Positions 13,223 to 23,543 of a stretch of 64,000 bases of DNA are shown in pieces. Under the pieces are notes generated by a model that ran no database searches, was not told the DNA's origin, and worked only from the letters and a program-made list of their open reading frames with translations. Origin of the DNA: an uncultured Chloroflexia bacterium (lineage in GTDB: Bacteria; Chloroflexota; Limnocylindria; Limnocylindrales; CSP1-4); assembly GCA_963727005.1 (NCBI GenBank), contig CAVSEO010000005.1:833044-897043 (forward strand), in the 5' to 3' direction. Position 1 is the first letter of the stretch, and each line of letters begins with the position of its first letter. The position numbers and the translations under genes are program-made.

Positions 13223-14440
13223 TCGCCCGCCTCGGCCGCCTGCGCGGGGCGGCCCCGGTGTCCCTTCACTCCGTGCTTCCACCGTCCGATGCGGTCCTGC
13301 ATCGATTGGGCGCCGTCGAAGGCCATGCGGCCCAGCGGATCGAGAACCAGGTCCCAGGCGCCTATGTAGTCGATCTCGCGACCGCCGAAGCCACTCTTGA
13401 AGCGCTCGATTCCCTCGTGCGAGAGGCCCCACATGTCGTAGCTGACGGCGCCCTGCTCCCTGGAGGTCCTGATGGCCTCCCATTTCAGCAGGTAGTTGGC
13501 GCGGCTCTCCGCTCCGGCCGCGGTCATCCCGCCGTACGGCTCGATGACACGGTCGCCCACCCGGAGGACCAGCAGCGTCGCGAGGCCGGTCCCGTCCGGA
13601 CCCTCGGCCATGAGCAGGCGGGCCATGCCGAGCCGGGCGAATGCCCGCCAGACCCCCAGGTATGACTCGTAGGTGCGAATGACGAATCCGGCACGCCGGG
13701 CGGTCTCCTGGTAGATCGAGTAGAACTCCGGGAGCCGGTCGTCCGTGGCATCGACGACGCGGATGCCGCCGTTTCGGGCCTTGTTCACGTACTGGCGCCA
13801 CTTCTTGCGCAGATCGCCCCAAAGAGCCGCCTCGTCTGCCCGCAGGTCGACCTGGCGAGTTCGGACGGGCTGGATCGGCGTCCCGGCACGCCATCCGGAC
13901 CGGCGCAGCGCATGCCGGAACTCCCCGTCGACGTCCACGGGGCCGTTCAACTCGATTTCCGGCTCTATTCGCACGTGGGAGACTCGAACTCCGGCGGAGG
14001 CCAGAGCCGGGCGCAGCGCGCCCGTGAAAGCCTCGAGAGTGGCCGGGTTCCACCGCTCGAAGATCGGGCCTCGCGGTGCGTACGCAAAAGCCCACGGAAA
14101 CATCCTGGGCTTCCGGACCAGCAGTTGCACGCCGAAGGCTGTCTCCTCGCCGGCCTCCTCAGGCTGGTCTTCGTCGCCGGCGCCGGCCCCATCCGCCGGC
14201 GAGCCCTCGAGCACTGCCCCGCGTCCGCTCGACCGGCCGCGTGCCGACGAATCTCAGGGGTCGCCAGCCATTGGGCGCCTTGACATCGGCCCAGGCGGTC
14301 GTCTGCAGGTACGACCCGGGGTTCGATCGCGCCACGAATGCGTCCCAGCCGGCGGCGTCGGGGGCGAGGTCCACGATCGAAGGTCGGATTGGCGCCGTGC
14401 CCCGGTCCTGCCTCGCCTCCACAGTGAACCGCTCAGCCAT
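13219..14440 (-). CDS. FemAB/FemX-family peptidoglycan interpeptide-bridge peptidyltransferase. One frameshift near 14230.
   Basis: The N-terminus is in frame 14159..14446 (SNPGSYLQTTAWADVK). The body is in 13219..14214 (LRKKWRQYVNKARNGGI, LLVLRVGDRVIEPYGG, ANYLLKWEAI, FKSGFGG). The ATG at 14440 is preceded by AAGAGGTG. Confidence 0.8.
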
Positions 14441-14490
14441 GCGCACACCTCTTATCGCGCCCCGCCTGGCCGGCCACCACGCCCTGGCGA

Positions 14491-15573
14491 CTAGCGATCG
14501 CGCTTGCGGGCATCCGTCGGGCCACCGGCCTCCGAACCTGAGTGACTTTCGGGCGCCCCCGCCGAACCGGCCCGTCCGCCCACCTGCGAGAGCTTCGCGC
14601 GCGGGTGGGAAGCAGTGTACGCGGCCCGCAACCGGGCCGGAGAAACGTGCGTGTACACCTGGGTCGTGGCCAGACTCTCGTGGCCCAGCAACTCCTGAAC
14701 GACCCGCAGATCGGCACCGCCGTCGAGGAGGTGCGTCGCGAAACTGTGCCGCAACGTGTGGGGCGACACGCCGTCCGGGAGTCCCGCCGTGCGCCGCAGC
14801 CGGTCCAACCGATATCGCATGCCGCGAACCCCCAGCGCACCGCCGAGGTAGTTGAGGAACAGGACGTCCACGGCGCCGGCGCCGGCGGGGTCTGAGCGCT
14901 CATCCGAGGGTTCCGCGGCGCGGGCCGCGAGCAAGGGCCGGCCGGCGTCCAGGTACGCCGCGACGGCCGCCCGGGCCGGCCGCCCGAGCAACGACACGCG
15001 CTGCTTACGCCCCTTTCCGGTTACCCGGACCTCGCCTCGCTTGAGGTCGACCGAACCCACCGTCAGAGACGCCAGCTCCCCGATGCGCAGCCCCGCGGCA
15101 TAGGCAGTCTCCACGATTGCGGTGTCGCGCAACGACAGCGCCTCTGCCAGGCCGCGATCTGACGCCCTCACGGCTACCGGCCCGTTCCGCCACTCCGAGG
15201 CGGCGGCGATGAGACTCTCCGTCTGGGCGATCGACAGGACGGCCGGCAATCGGCGGGGCTGTCGGGGAGTTGCCACGGCCGTCAGGGGGTTGCCTTGCGT
15301 CAGCCCCTGTCGGGTCGCGAACCTGTAGAACGACCGCATCGCCGCCAGCCGCTGGCCGACCGTCCGCCGCCCGTGCCCATCGGCGAGAGCGGCCAGATAC
15401 GAACGCACCACATTCCTCGTCGGCGAGCGCCAGTCGTGGCCGTTGTCCGCGAGCCACGTGAGATAGGCCTCCAGGCCGGTCCGGTAGGAGCGGATCGTGT
15501 TCGGGGAGGACCCCCGAGCTTCAAGCGCCTGCAGGAACCGTTCGACCGCGGCCCAGGCCGCGTCGCCGCTCAT
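14491..15573 (-). CDS. xerC: Tyrosine recombinase XerC/XerD
   Basis: Intact 360 aa. It has an N-terminal SAM-like domain plus catalytic [25 protein letters not shown]. Its start overlaps the topA stop by 4 nt. Confidence 0.85.
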   Translation of the reverse strand: MSGDAAWAAVERFLQALEARGSSPNTIRSYRTGLEAYLTWLADNGHDWRSPTRNVVRSYLAALADGHGRRTVGQRLAAMRSFYRFATRQGLTQGNPLTAVATPRQPRRLPAVLSIAQTESLIAAASEWRNGPVAVRASDRGLAEALSLRDTAIVETAYAAGLRIGELASLTVGSVDLKRGEVRVTGKGRKQRVSLLGRPARAAVAAYLDAGRPLLAARAAEPSDERSDPAGAGAVDVLFLNYLGGALGVRGMRYRLDRLRRTAGLPDGVSPHTLRHSFATHLLDGGADLRVVQELLGHESLATTQVYTHVSPARLRAAYTASHPRAKLSQVGGRAGSAGAPESHSGSEAGGPTDARKRDR

Positions 15574-18026
15574 TCGGACCGGCTGGCACCGACAGCGCGG
15601 GCGCCGGCCGCAGCGGAGGCCTTGCGGCGGGTCGTTCGCCGCGGCGCGCGCCGGGACGTCGGCCGGGCCAGGGCGGCCGGGTTCGGTTCACCGCCCGGCA
15701 GCTGCTTGCCCACTACATCGCCCGCCGGCAGCTCCACCGGCGCACCGCATATCAGGCACAAGCCGGCGTCGCCTGCCCGGCCGACAGGGCCGCCATCGGC
15801 GTCGTGGGTCGCGCCGATGGGCTCGTGCGATGTCGTGAACCGGCACGTCGGGTAGCGCGAGCAACCCCAGAAGAGCGAGCCCGTTCTTCGCGCCCTTCGA
15901 GTGACCAGATGCCCCTGCCGGCAGGTCGGGCACGCCGCTTCGAAGGCCAGCGGTTCCGGCGGCGGCGGCCCGTCCTTCTTGATGTAGTCGCAATCGGGGT
16001 ATCGCGAGCAGCCCATGAACGGCCCGAACCGGCCGCGCCGCGCGACCAGAACGCCTCCGTCGGTCGGGCCGCATCGCGGACACGCTTCGACGATCGCCGG
16101 CTCTCCGGTTCCGCCCGGCTGACCGTCCGGACCCGCCGCGCCCTTGTCGTTTCCGGCGCCGGGCAGCTCGCGCGTCTCCTTGTGCTCCGGGTACAAGGAG
16201 CAAGCGAGGAACTCGCCGTACCGGCCCAGGCGGACGACCATCGGATGGCCGAGCGAGCAGACCTCCTCGGACGGGCGCGTGGTGAAGTCGGCCCTGCGGA
16301 GCTCCTTGGTCTTCTCCTCGATCCGGATCCGAAACGGCGTGTAGAACTCCCGAACGACCGGCACCCAGGCGCGTTTGCCGCTCGCCACGTCGTCGAGATC
16401 GTCCTCCATCCGAGCCGTGAACTCGAGGTCCACGAACTCGCCGAAGTGGCAGACGAGCAGGTCGGTCACGATCTCGCCGACCGGTTCGGGGTGGAGGCGC
16501 CGCTCCTGGACTCTCACGTAGCCCCGGTCGAGAATCGTGGATATCGTGGCCGCGTAGGTTGACGGCCGGCCTATGCCGTGCTCCTCGAGCGCCTTGATCA
16601 GCGTTGCCTCCGTGTACCGGGGCGGCGGCTCGGTGAAGTGCTGAAGCGGCTGGACCGATTCCACCGTCGTGGCGTCTCCGGCGGCGAGGGCCGGGAGACG
16701 GCACTCGGCCTCCTCGTCGACGTCGTCGTGGCCTTCCGTGTAGACGCGCGAAAAGCCGTCGAAGGTGGTTCTGGTCGCGTTGGCCCGAAGGTCGTAGGCG
16801 ACTCCGGGTCGCCCGCCGTCGGCCGTCAGGTCGACGGTCGTCGTCTCCTGCTCCTTGACGGCCATCTGGCTGGCCAGGGCACGCTGCCAGATGAGGCGAT
16901 ACAGGCGCGCTTCATCGTTGCCGAGGCGGCGCGACAGGGCTTCGGGATCGCGCCTGAACGACGTCGGGCGGATCGCCTCATGGGCCTCCTGGGCGTTGCG
17001 CGTCTTCGTCTTGAATGCCCGGCCGCGCGGCGTCGTGTACTCGGGACCGAACCGCTCCTCGATGACTCGGGCGGCCTCCGCCATCGCCTGGCTGGAAAGA
17101 GCGACCGAGTCGGTTCGCATGTACGTGATCAGGCCAACCTGGCCCTCGTCGGTCTCGACGCCTTCGTACAGCCGCTGCGCCGCACTCATCGTCCGCTTCG
17201 GCGAGAAGCCGAGCTTCCGGCTCGCTTCCTGCTGCAGGCTCGAAGTCGTAAAGGGCGGGGCCGGACTGCGATTCGTCTTCTTGATCGCGACGTCCGTCAC
17301 GACCGGCCGGCTGGCCCTGATCGCTGCCGCGTGGCGTTCCGCCGTTCCGCCGTCTCCGATTTCGGGCTTCTTGCCCGCGACGCGGACCAGGTCCGCCTCG
17401 AACGTCTCCCCGTTGGGCGCGATCAGAACGGCCTTCAGGGTCCAGTACTCGCGAGCGGTGAAGGCGCGAATCTCACGTTCGCGATCGACGACGATGCGGA
17501 CCGCGACCGACTGGACGCGTCCGGCCGAGAGCCCGGCCCGGACCTTGCGCCACAGGAGCGGGCTCAGCGTATATCCGACGAGCCTGTCGACGACCCTGCG
17601 AGCCTGCTGCGCATCGACGAGGTTCTGGTCGATCGAGCGAGGTTGCGCGAAGGCCCGCTTGATCGCGGCCTCGGTGATCTCGGAGAACGTGACCCGGCGA
17701 GTGCGACCCGGAGCGAGCCGCGCCGCTTCCGCCACGTGCCAGGCAATGGCTTCCCCCTCGCGGTCGAGGTCTGTCGCGAGGTAGATGAGGTCGGCCTTCG
17801 AGGCGGCCTTCACGATTGCCGCGAGCTGCCGCTTGCGGTCCGCAACAACCTCGTACACCGGCGCGAAATCGTGGTCCACGTCGACGCCGAGCTGGTTCTT
17901 GCCCGGATTCTCGGGCAGGTCGCGGACATGCCCGTACGAAGCGAGCACGGTGTAGCCGGGGCCCAGGTAGCGCTCGATCGTCTTCGCTTTGGCGGGCGAC
18001 TCGACGATCACTAGATTGCCGCTCAT
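15570..18026 (-). CDS. topA: DNA topoisomerase I with C-terminal zinc-ribbon repeats
   Basis: Intact 818 aa. It has TOPRIM ([24 protein letters not shown]), the catalytic region ([10 protein letters not shown]) and several CxxC...CxxC fingers at the C-terminus. Confidence 0.97.
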   Translation of the reverse strand: MSGNLVIVESPAKAKTIERYLGPGYTVLASYGHVRDLPENPGKNQLGVDVDHDFAPVYEVVADRKRQLAAIVKAASKADLIYLATDLDREGEAIAWHVAEAARLAPGRTRRVTFSEITEAAIKRAFAQPRSIDQNLVDAQQARRVVDRLVGYTLSPLLWRKVRAGLSAGRVQSVAVRIVVDREREIRAFTAREYWTLKAVLIAPNGETFEADLVRVAGKKPEIGDGGTAERHAAAIRASRPVVTDVAIKKTNRSPAPPFTTSSLQQEASRKLGFSPKRTMSAAQRLYEGVETDEGQVGLITYMRTDSVALSSQAMAEAARVIEERFGPEYTTPRGRAFKTKTRNAQEAHEAIRPTSFRRDPEALSRRLGNDEARLYRLIWQRALASQMAVKEQETTTVDLTADGGRPGVAYDLRANATRTTFDGFSRVYTEGHDDVDEEAECRLPALAAGDATTVESVQPLQHFTEPPPRYTEATLIKALEEHGIGRPSTYAATISTILDRGYVRVQERRLHPEPVGEIVTDLLVCHFGEFVDLEFTARMEDDLDDVASGKRAWVPVVREFYTPFRIRIEEKTKELRRADFTTRPSEEVCSLGHPMVVRLGRYGEFLACSLYPEHKETRELPGAGNDKGAAGPDGQPGGTGEPAIVEACPRCGPTDGGVLVARRGRFGPFMGCSRYPDCDYIKKDGPPPPEPLAFEAACPTCRQGHLVTRRARRTGSLFWGCSRYPTCRFTTSHEPIGATHDADGGPVGRAGDAGLCLICGAPVELPAGDVVGKQLPGGEPNPAALARPTSRRAPRRTTRRKASAAAGARAVGASRSE

Positions 18027-18123
18027 CCGCGGGAGTCTAGCATCAGCCTCTCACCCGGCCTTGCATCCGCCCAATTGGCGCCACGGCACAGCCGCGGGCT
18101 CTGGGCCCATGCGCCCGGCAGGC

Positions 18124-18505
18124 TCAGGCGTCTCGGACGCGGCGGATCAGATCGCCGTCGAGCTCCTCGGCCGCGCCGGCCTCTCGCCTCTTGCCTGCGT
18201 CGAGCCAGGCCAGCCTATCGAGCAGCGTGCCGCTCGGCTCGTCCGCCGGCTGGCCCGCCTCGATCCGCGCCGCTCTCTCTATCCGCAGCTCCTCGATGGC
18301 CGCATCCGGTATCTCGACGAACCGGACGTGGCCAAGGGGGATGGCGAAGACGGAATTCGACGTGGTTGATGAAGTCCGGTTTCTCACCGTTCGTCGCCCG
18401 CAAGTTGCGGCAGATCAGGACGGTGTCCCCGGGCGCGGACTCGAACAGGAGATCGGCCAGCAGGGGCTGCTCGTTGCGCATGTGCACGATGACGTCACGG
18501 AGCAT
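18124..18505 (-). CDS. Small hypothetical protein. One frameshift near 18365.
   Basis: The ATG at 18505 is preceded by GGGAGAG. MLRDVIVHMRNEQPLLADLLFESAPGDTVLICRNLRATNGEKPDFINHV (frame 18215..18544) continues as SVFAIPLGHVRFVEIPDAAIEEL... (frame 18124..18387). I do not recognise the family. Confidence 0.45.
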
Positions 18506-18547
18506 CAGGCTCTCCCGCGCAGGTCCCGCGAGCGGTCGGCGCAACCG

Positions 18548-20209
18548 TCAGCCATAGAAGTCGACGACCAGGCGAATGGAATTGGAGACCCAAACGCCAA
18601 TGCCAACCCGGTGGAAGTAGACGTCCATGATGTTGTAGTAGTGGCCGCCACGGTACGGGGCCTCCGCCTGGAAGAAGAGCTGCGAGGCGATCATCCCACC
18701 GGTGCCCTCGTTGTGCGGAGATGCGATGTTCTCGCCCCACGATCCGCCGCCGTACCCGGCCGCCTGGAACCGCCCACGCGTCGTCGTCCCGCCGCCGCTG
18801 TGTGTGAGGAGGTTGCGATCGGCCAGGTACTTGGCGTAGGGTCGGGCCACCTTCAGCGAAATGGTGTCATCCAAGTAGAGCGCCCCTTGCGCCGGCATGG
18901 TGTGATGCCCCGCCGTGCTGCAGTCGCCGCTCGACGTCAACCAGCCGCCTGTCCGGGTGCAGTTCATCAAGCCCAGGTAGTACACCTCAAGGTCACGCCG
19001 CTGGGCGGCCGACGGATCCGAAGGCACCGGTCCCGCCGCCACCGCCGCCGCAGTTGCTGCAGCCTCCTCCGCGGGCGATGACCGTCGGCGCCCTGGGCTT
19101 GGAGACGGTGAACGTGGCGCTGCTCGACCTTCTCCAGGTGCATGCCCGTGGCCGATCTGGCCGTGGTGGTGATCCTGGCCACGACCTTGGCGCCCACTTT
19201 GAACGCATAGCGTGGCGCCAGGGCCAGAACGGTGTCGCCCTCGGACCAGTAGAGGTTGCCGGCCACGGCCCGGCCGTCGGCGGTGACCGAGAAGGCGGAC
19301 TCGGTTGCCTTCTCGTCCATGGGCGCGGAGAAGCGGACCGAGATGAGCTGGCCGGTATCGAGGGTGACCGAGCCGTCCTGCGGTCGGAAGCTCAGGACCG
19401 CCGGCGCTTTCATGGTGTGGCCACTCACCTGTGCCACCGGCTGCAGCGCCGCGCCGGACGAGTCGGTGCCGCCGTCGGCGAAGCTGACCACGAAGTTGGC
19501 GTCCGAGGCCAGGGGCGCCTTGGGAGTGATGGTGAAGGACGCTGGGACGCGGCATCGGTGGGATCGTCGCCCACGATCGTGACGTCGACCGCGGGGGTGA
19601 TCGAGAGGCGGGTCATGACCGTCGAGAGCTTGACCGGCCTGGTGAAGGTCAGGGTGAAGGCGGTATTGGGAGCGACCAGGTTGTCGACGACCAGAGTCGC
19701 CGCGAGAGTCCCGGCCGTGGGCGAGCCGGACGGAACGAGGTATGGATCTCGGTCGCCAGGCTCAGGCCCTCCTGGTCGGTGGCCTTGTTGGTGATGTCGA
19801 TCGTGTAGTTGGTGTAGGGCTCCCAGTGGGAACCGGGCACGATCGAGAGGACCTGCGAGGTCGCGTCCCACTGCAGCTTGTGCTCGGTGGCGGGCTGGAT
19901 CGTCAGGGCCGCCTCGACCGAGGGCTCGTTCATGGGCTTGGTGAACTGGACCTGGAACGGAACGTCGAGGGCCAGGCCGCTCTCGCTGCGATGGGCATCG
20001 GCCTGGGGAGCCAGGGGCGCGAAGGTCGGCAGCTGCTCACCTGCCACAACCTGCTTGGTCGGCAGGGCCACGAGCAAGAGGCTCGCCACAGTGGCGACCG
20101 CGACGCCCACCATGAGTACGCCGAACAGGCGCGACCAGCCGACCCGGAACGCGGGTCGCCCGGTTGCGCCGATCAGCCTCTCCCGGCCGGCGGCCAATGC
20201 TTTCCTCAA
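18548..20209 (-). CDS. TM-anchored surface protein copy A: SbsA/Big_5-like Ig repeats plus a C-terminal CAP/SCP/PR-1-like domain. 4 frameshifts.
   Basis: Pieces lie in frames 19649..20209, 19425..19871, 18967..19491, 18993..19208 and 18548..19555. It has a TM (FGVLMVGVAVATVASLLLVAL), Ig-repeat motifs (VQFTKPMNEPSVEAAL, VRFSAPMDEKAT) and a CAP core (SWGENIASP, GHYYNIMDVYFHRVGIGVW). Confidence 0.75.
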
Positions 20210-20249
20210 GTGTCCCCTTCCCTCGCGAGGAGGATCCGGTGAACGAACG

Positions 20250-21844
20250 TCAACTATAGAAGTCGATGGAAACCCTGACGGCGCCGCCGGATACCCAGAC
20301 CCCGACGCCCGCGCGACGGAAATACGGAGCCATGATGTTGTAGTAGTGCTCGCACCGGCACCAGGATTCGCTCTGGTAGAAGAGCTCGACGGCGATCATG
20401 CCGGCCTGACCTGCCGAGGAGGGCCAGGCGATGTTCTCGCCCCACGACGGACCGCAGTAGCCGCCCCAATTGCACAGCCTCCAGGGCGGGTCGTGGTAGC
20501 CCTCGTGGATGAAGACCCTGTTGTCGGCCATGAACTTGGCGTAGGGACGGGATACCTTGTTCGAGATGCCCGCGTCCAGCGTCAGCCGGCCCTGGGCCGG
20601 CATCGTGTGGTGGCCGGCGCTGCTGCAGGCGCCGCTGGAGGTGACCCATCCACCGGTCCGCGTGCAGTTCATCAGGTTCATGTAGTAGACCTCGGAGGCG
20701 CGGTAAGGCGCCGACGCGGAGGCGACGCCGCCCCCATAGGCGATGCTGGACGCCCTCGGCTTGGAAACGGTGAACGTGGCGCTGGCGGCTTTGTCGATGC
20801 GCATGCCTGTCACAGATCTGGCCGCGGTGGAGACCCTGGCCACGACCTTGGAGCCGACGGCAAAGGCGTAGCGAGGCGCCAGGGCGAGGACCGTGTCGCC
20901 CTCGGACCAGTAGAAGGTGCCGGTGATCGCCCGGCCGTCGTCGGTGACGGAGAAGGCTGCCGCGGTGGCCTTCTCGTCCATGGGCGCGGAGAAGCGGACC
21001 GAGATGAGCTGGCTGGTGTCGTAGGTGATCTGGCCGTCCTGCGGTCGGAACTTGAGAACCGCCGGGGCGACCATGGTAGTGACCGCCAGGGACGCCACCG
21101 GCTGCAGCGCCGCGCCGGACGAGTCCGTGCCGCCGTCGGCGAAGCTGACCACGAAGTTGGAGTCCGAGGCCAGGGGCGCCTTGGGAGTGATGGTGAAGAC
21201 CGCGGACGCGGCATCGGTGGGATCGTCGCCCACGATCGTGACGTCGACCGCGGGGGTGATCGAGAGGCGGGTCATTACCGTCGAGAGCTTGACCGGCCTG
21301 GTGAAGGTCAGGGTGAAGGCGGTATTGGGAGCGACCAGGTTGTCGACGACCAGAGTCGCCGCGAGAGTCCCGGCCGTGGGCGAGCCGGATGCGAACGAGG
21401 TATGGATCTCGGTCGCCAGGCTCAGGCCTTCCTGGTCGGTGGCCTTGTTGGTGATGTCGATCGTGTAGTCGGTGTAGGGCTCCCAGTGGGAACCGGGCAC
21501 GATCGAGAGGACCTGCGAGGTCGCGTCCCACTGCAGCTTGTGCTCGGTGGCGGTGCGATCGTCAGGGCCGCCTCGACCGAGGGCTCGTTCATGGGCTTGG
21601 TGAACTGGACCTGGAACGGAACGTCGAGGGCGAGGCCGCTCTCGCTGCGATGGGCATCGGCCTGGGGAGCCAGGGGCGCGAAGGTCGGCAGCTGCTCTCC
21701 TGCCACGACCTGCTTGGTCGGCAGGGCCACGAGCAAGAGGCTCGCCACAGTGGCGACCGCGACGCCCACCATGAGAAGCTGAATTGCGCCGAATCGGCTT
21801 TGCTTGCGGCTGGCGCGAGGTGCGCTCCGGGTCCGCGTGGCCAT
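20250..21844 (-). CDS. TM-anchored surface protein copy B: same architecture as copy A. 1 frameshift near 21555.
   Basis: The body is in frame 20250..22415 (from TEHKLQWDATSQ to SIDFYS). The N-terminus is in frame 21422..21946. I place the start at ATG 21844 (MATRTRSAPRASRK), with 21946 as an alternative. CAP core: SWGENIAWP, EHYYNIMAPYFRRAGVGVW. Confidence 0.75.
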
Positions 21845-22057
21845 CGCAGTGGCCGCTGGTTTCCGCAAGAGCTCGTCTCCCGTGGCGGTGGGGGTCACTG
21901 CCCCTTGCTGACGTCTCGAAGGCAGGGTAACACCGCCTCCCGACATTCGGCAAACACCCCTCGGGGCTCTCGCAAGCCTTCCGGCAAGGCACGCCCGGAG
22001 CTCCGAGATACGGTCTTCCAGCGCTCGTGAATGCGTCAGGGGCGCCCCTTCGCACGC

Positions 22058-23541
22058 TCATCGGGCCAGCGCGCAAGAAGGCCTGCCGGGCGTGTACCGA
22101 CCGTAGGATCCGCTCACAAGACCTCTCAATTCGAGGAGCGTCAGGGCGCTGAGGATGGCCGCTCCGGGCAAGGAAGTAAGCGCGGCCAGGTTGTCGGCCG
22201 TAGCCGGACCGCGGACCAGCGCCTCTGCCAGTCGTCCGCTCCACCGGTCCCAGCGAGGCGAGGACGGCCGCCTTCCCGGCCCCGGCAGTCGAGGCGGACG
22301 GCCTCCCGGACCCGCCCGGTCTCCCCTTGGCGAGGGCCGGTTCGATTTGGCCGTCCCCGGCCGCATCGGCGGCTCCGATTTCCAGGTCCTCGATCAGCTC
22401 CGGAACGCCGCACACGACTCGAGCCTGACCGGGGAAGGTTCTGCAGGAACGAGTTGCACCCGGCGCTGGTCGGCGAGTCGATCGGACCCGGTACCAGAAA
22501 GCACTCCCGGCCCTGCTCGAGGGCCCAACCGGCGGTGATGAGGGCGCCGCTTCGACGGCCCGCCTCGACCACGACCGTCGCGTCGGCGAGCCCGCTCACG
22601 AGCCGGTTGCGGCGCGGAAACGAGCCCCGACTGGCCGGCGTATCCGGGGCCAGCTCCGCGACGACAGCACCTCCCGCCGCGACGATCGCGTCCGCAAGGC
22701 GTTCATGGGCCCTGGGAAAGAGCCGCGCGTGCCCGCCTCCCAGAACCGCCACCGTTGCGAGTCCCTCGCCCACTACGGCCGCGTGCGCCGCACCGTCTAT
22801 TCCCACGGCGAGCCCGGAGACCACGACCGCCCCGGCGCGAGCAAGGCCCGAGCCGATCCAGCCGGCGATCAGGCGGCCCTTGTCCGAGGGCCAGCGGGTC
22901 CCCACCACCGCTACCGCGTGACTGGCCCCCAGGGAGTCGAGCGACCCCTTGACGAAAAGCAAAGGCGGCGGCATCTCCACTCGTCGAAGCCGATCCGGGT
23001 AGGCGGTGTCATCCAGCGTGACCACGCTTAGGCCCAGGGATCGGACCTGTTCCACCGTTCGCGAGCCGACCTGCCCCGAGTCGCATATGCGGCGAGCAAG
23101 GTCGGCACCGAGCACCGATCGCCGGCCGTGCCGAACCCGCGGACCACCGACGGCGACGTCATCGGACTGCGCACCGTCCGAGTCCGGTCCCGAACCTGAG
23201 TGCGATCCGGCGACTTGCACGTCGTCGTCGGTCCGGTCCGGAGCGTCGAGGAAGGCGTGGCCGAGCGCCTCGCACAGCCGAGACGGACCGGCAGGCCCAG
23301 CGGCCACTGCCAGCACGGCGCGGGCCGACCCGAAGGCCGCCAGCAGCGCGGTGAACGTCACCGGACCCAGGCCCGGCACACCGAGCAAGGTCACCCACGC
23401 GTCGCGCTCCGAGTCGGCTTCGGGGTCTTCGGCCAGGCGCACGGCTGCGGGCGCGGCGGCCACCTGGCGTGCCGGCTCCCGCACGACGCCCTCGGCGACG
23501 CGCCGCGCCGGGACGGGACCCAGGCTCTGCACGCCGAGCAT
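22058..23541 (-). CDS. dprA: DNA-processing protein DprA/Smf. Two frameshifts, near 22430 and near 22230.
   Basis: Frame 22141..23796 holds the Rossmann core (VAVVGTRWPS, VVSGLAVGIDGAAHAA, RNRLVSGLADATVVVEAGRRSGALITA). The C-terminal winged helix is in frame 22058..22366 (ADNLAALTSLPGAAILSALTLLELRGLV). Confidence 0.88.
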
Positions 23542-23543
23542 CG

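Larger units (their letters stand above)
18548..21844 (-). repeat. Tandem gene duplication with a unit of about 1.66 kb. It contains a near-identical tract (19434..20116 vs 21095..21775).
   Basis: Hand alignment of the two tracts gives about 8 substitutions plus three small indel patches over ~680 nt. The 3-prime (CAP-domain) halves are clearly more diverged. Confidence 0.9.

Noticed and set aside
11615-14095. An 826-aa ORF spanning murE and the femX-like gene
   Set aside because: Only the central ~230 residues are real MurE sequence. The rest is out-of-frame translation of femX and of the murE C-terminus, which stays open because stop codons are rare at this GC content.
14491-15573. The tyrosine recombinase as the integrase of an integrated mobile element (with the tRNA-Met at 39828..39902 as a possible att site)
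   Set aside because: The recombinase has XerC/D-type motifs and overlaps topA in the classic housekeeping topA-xerC arrangement. It is 24 kb from the tRNA. I found no direct repeats of the tRNA 3-prime end and no phage or conjugation genes.
20250-22415. A 721-aa ORF suggesting a CAP-domain protein with a long N-terminal extension
   Set aside because: The N-terminal ~290 aa are partly a genuine DprA C-terminal segment, partly the intergenic region, and partly the out-of-frame 5-prime part of CAP copy B. The true copy-B N-terminus lies in frame 21422..21946.
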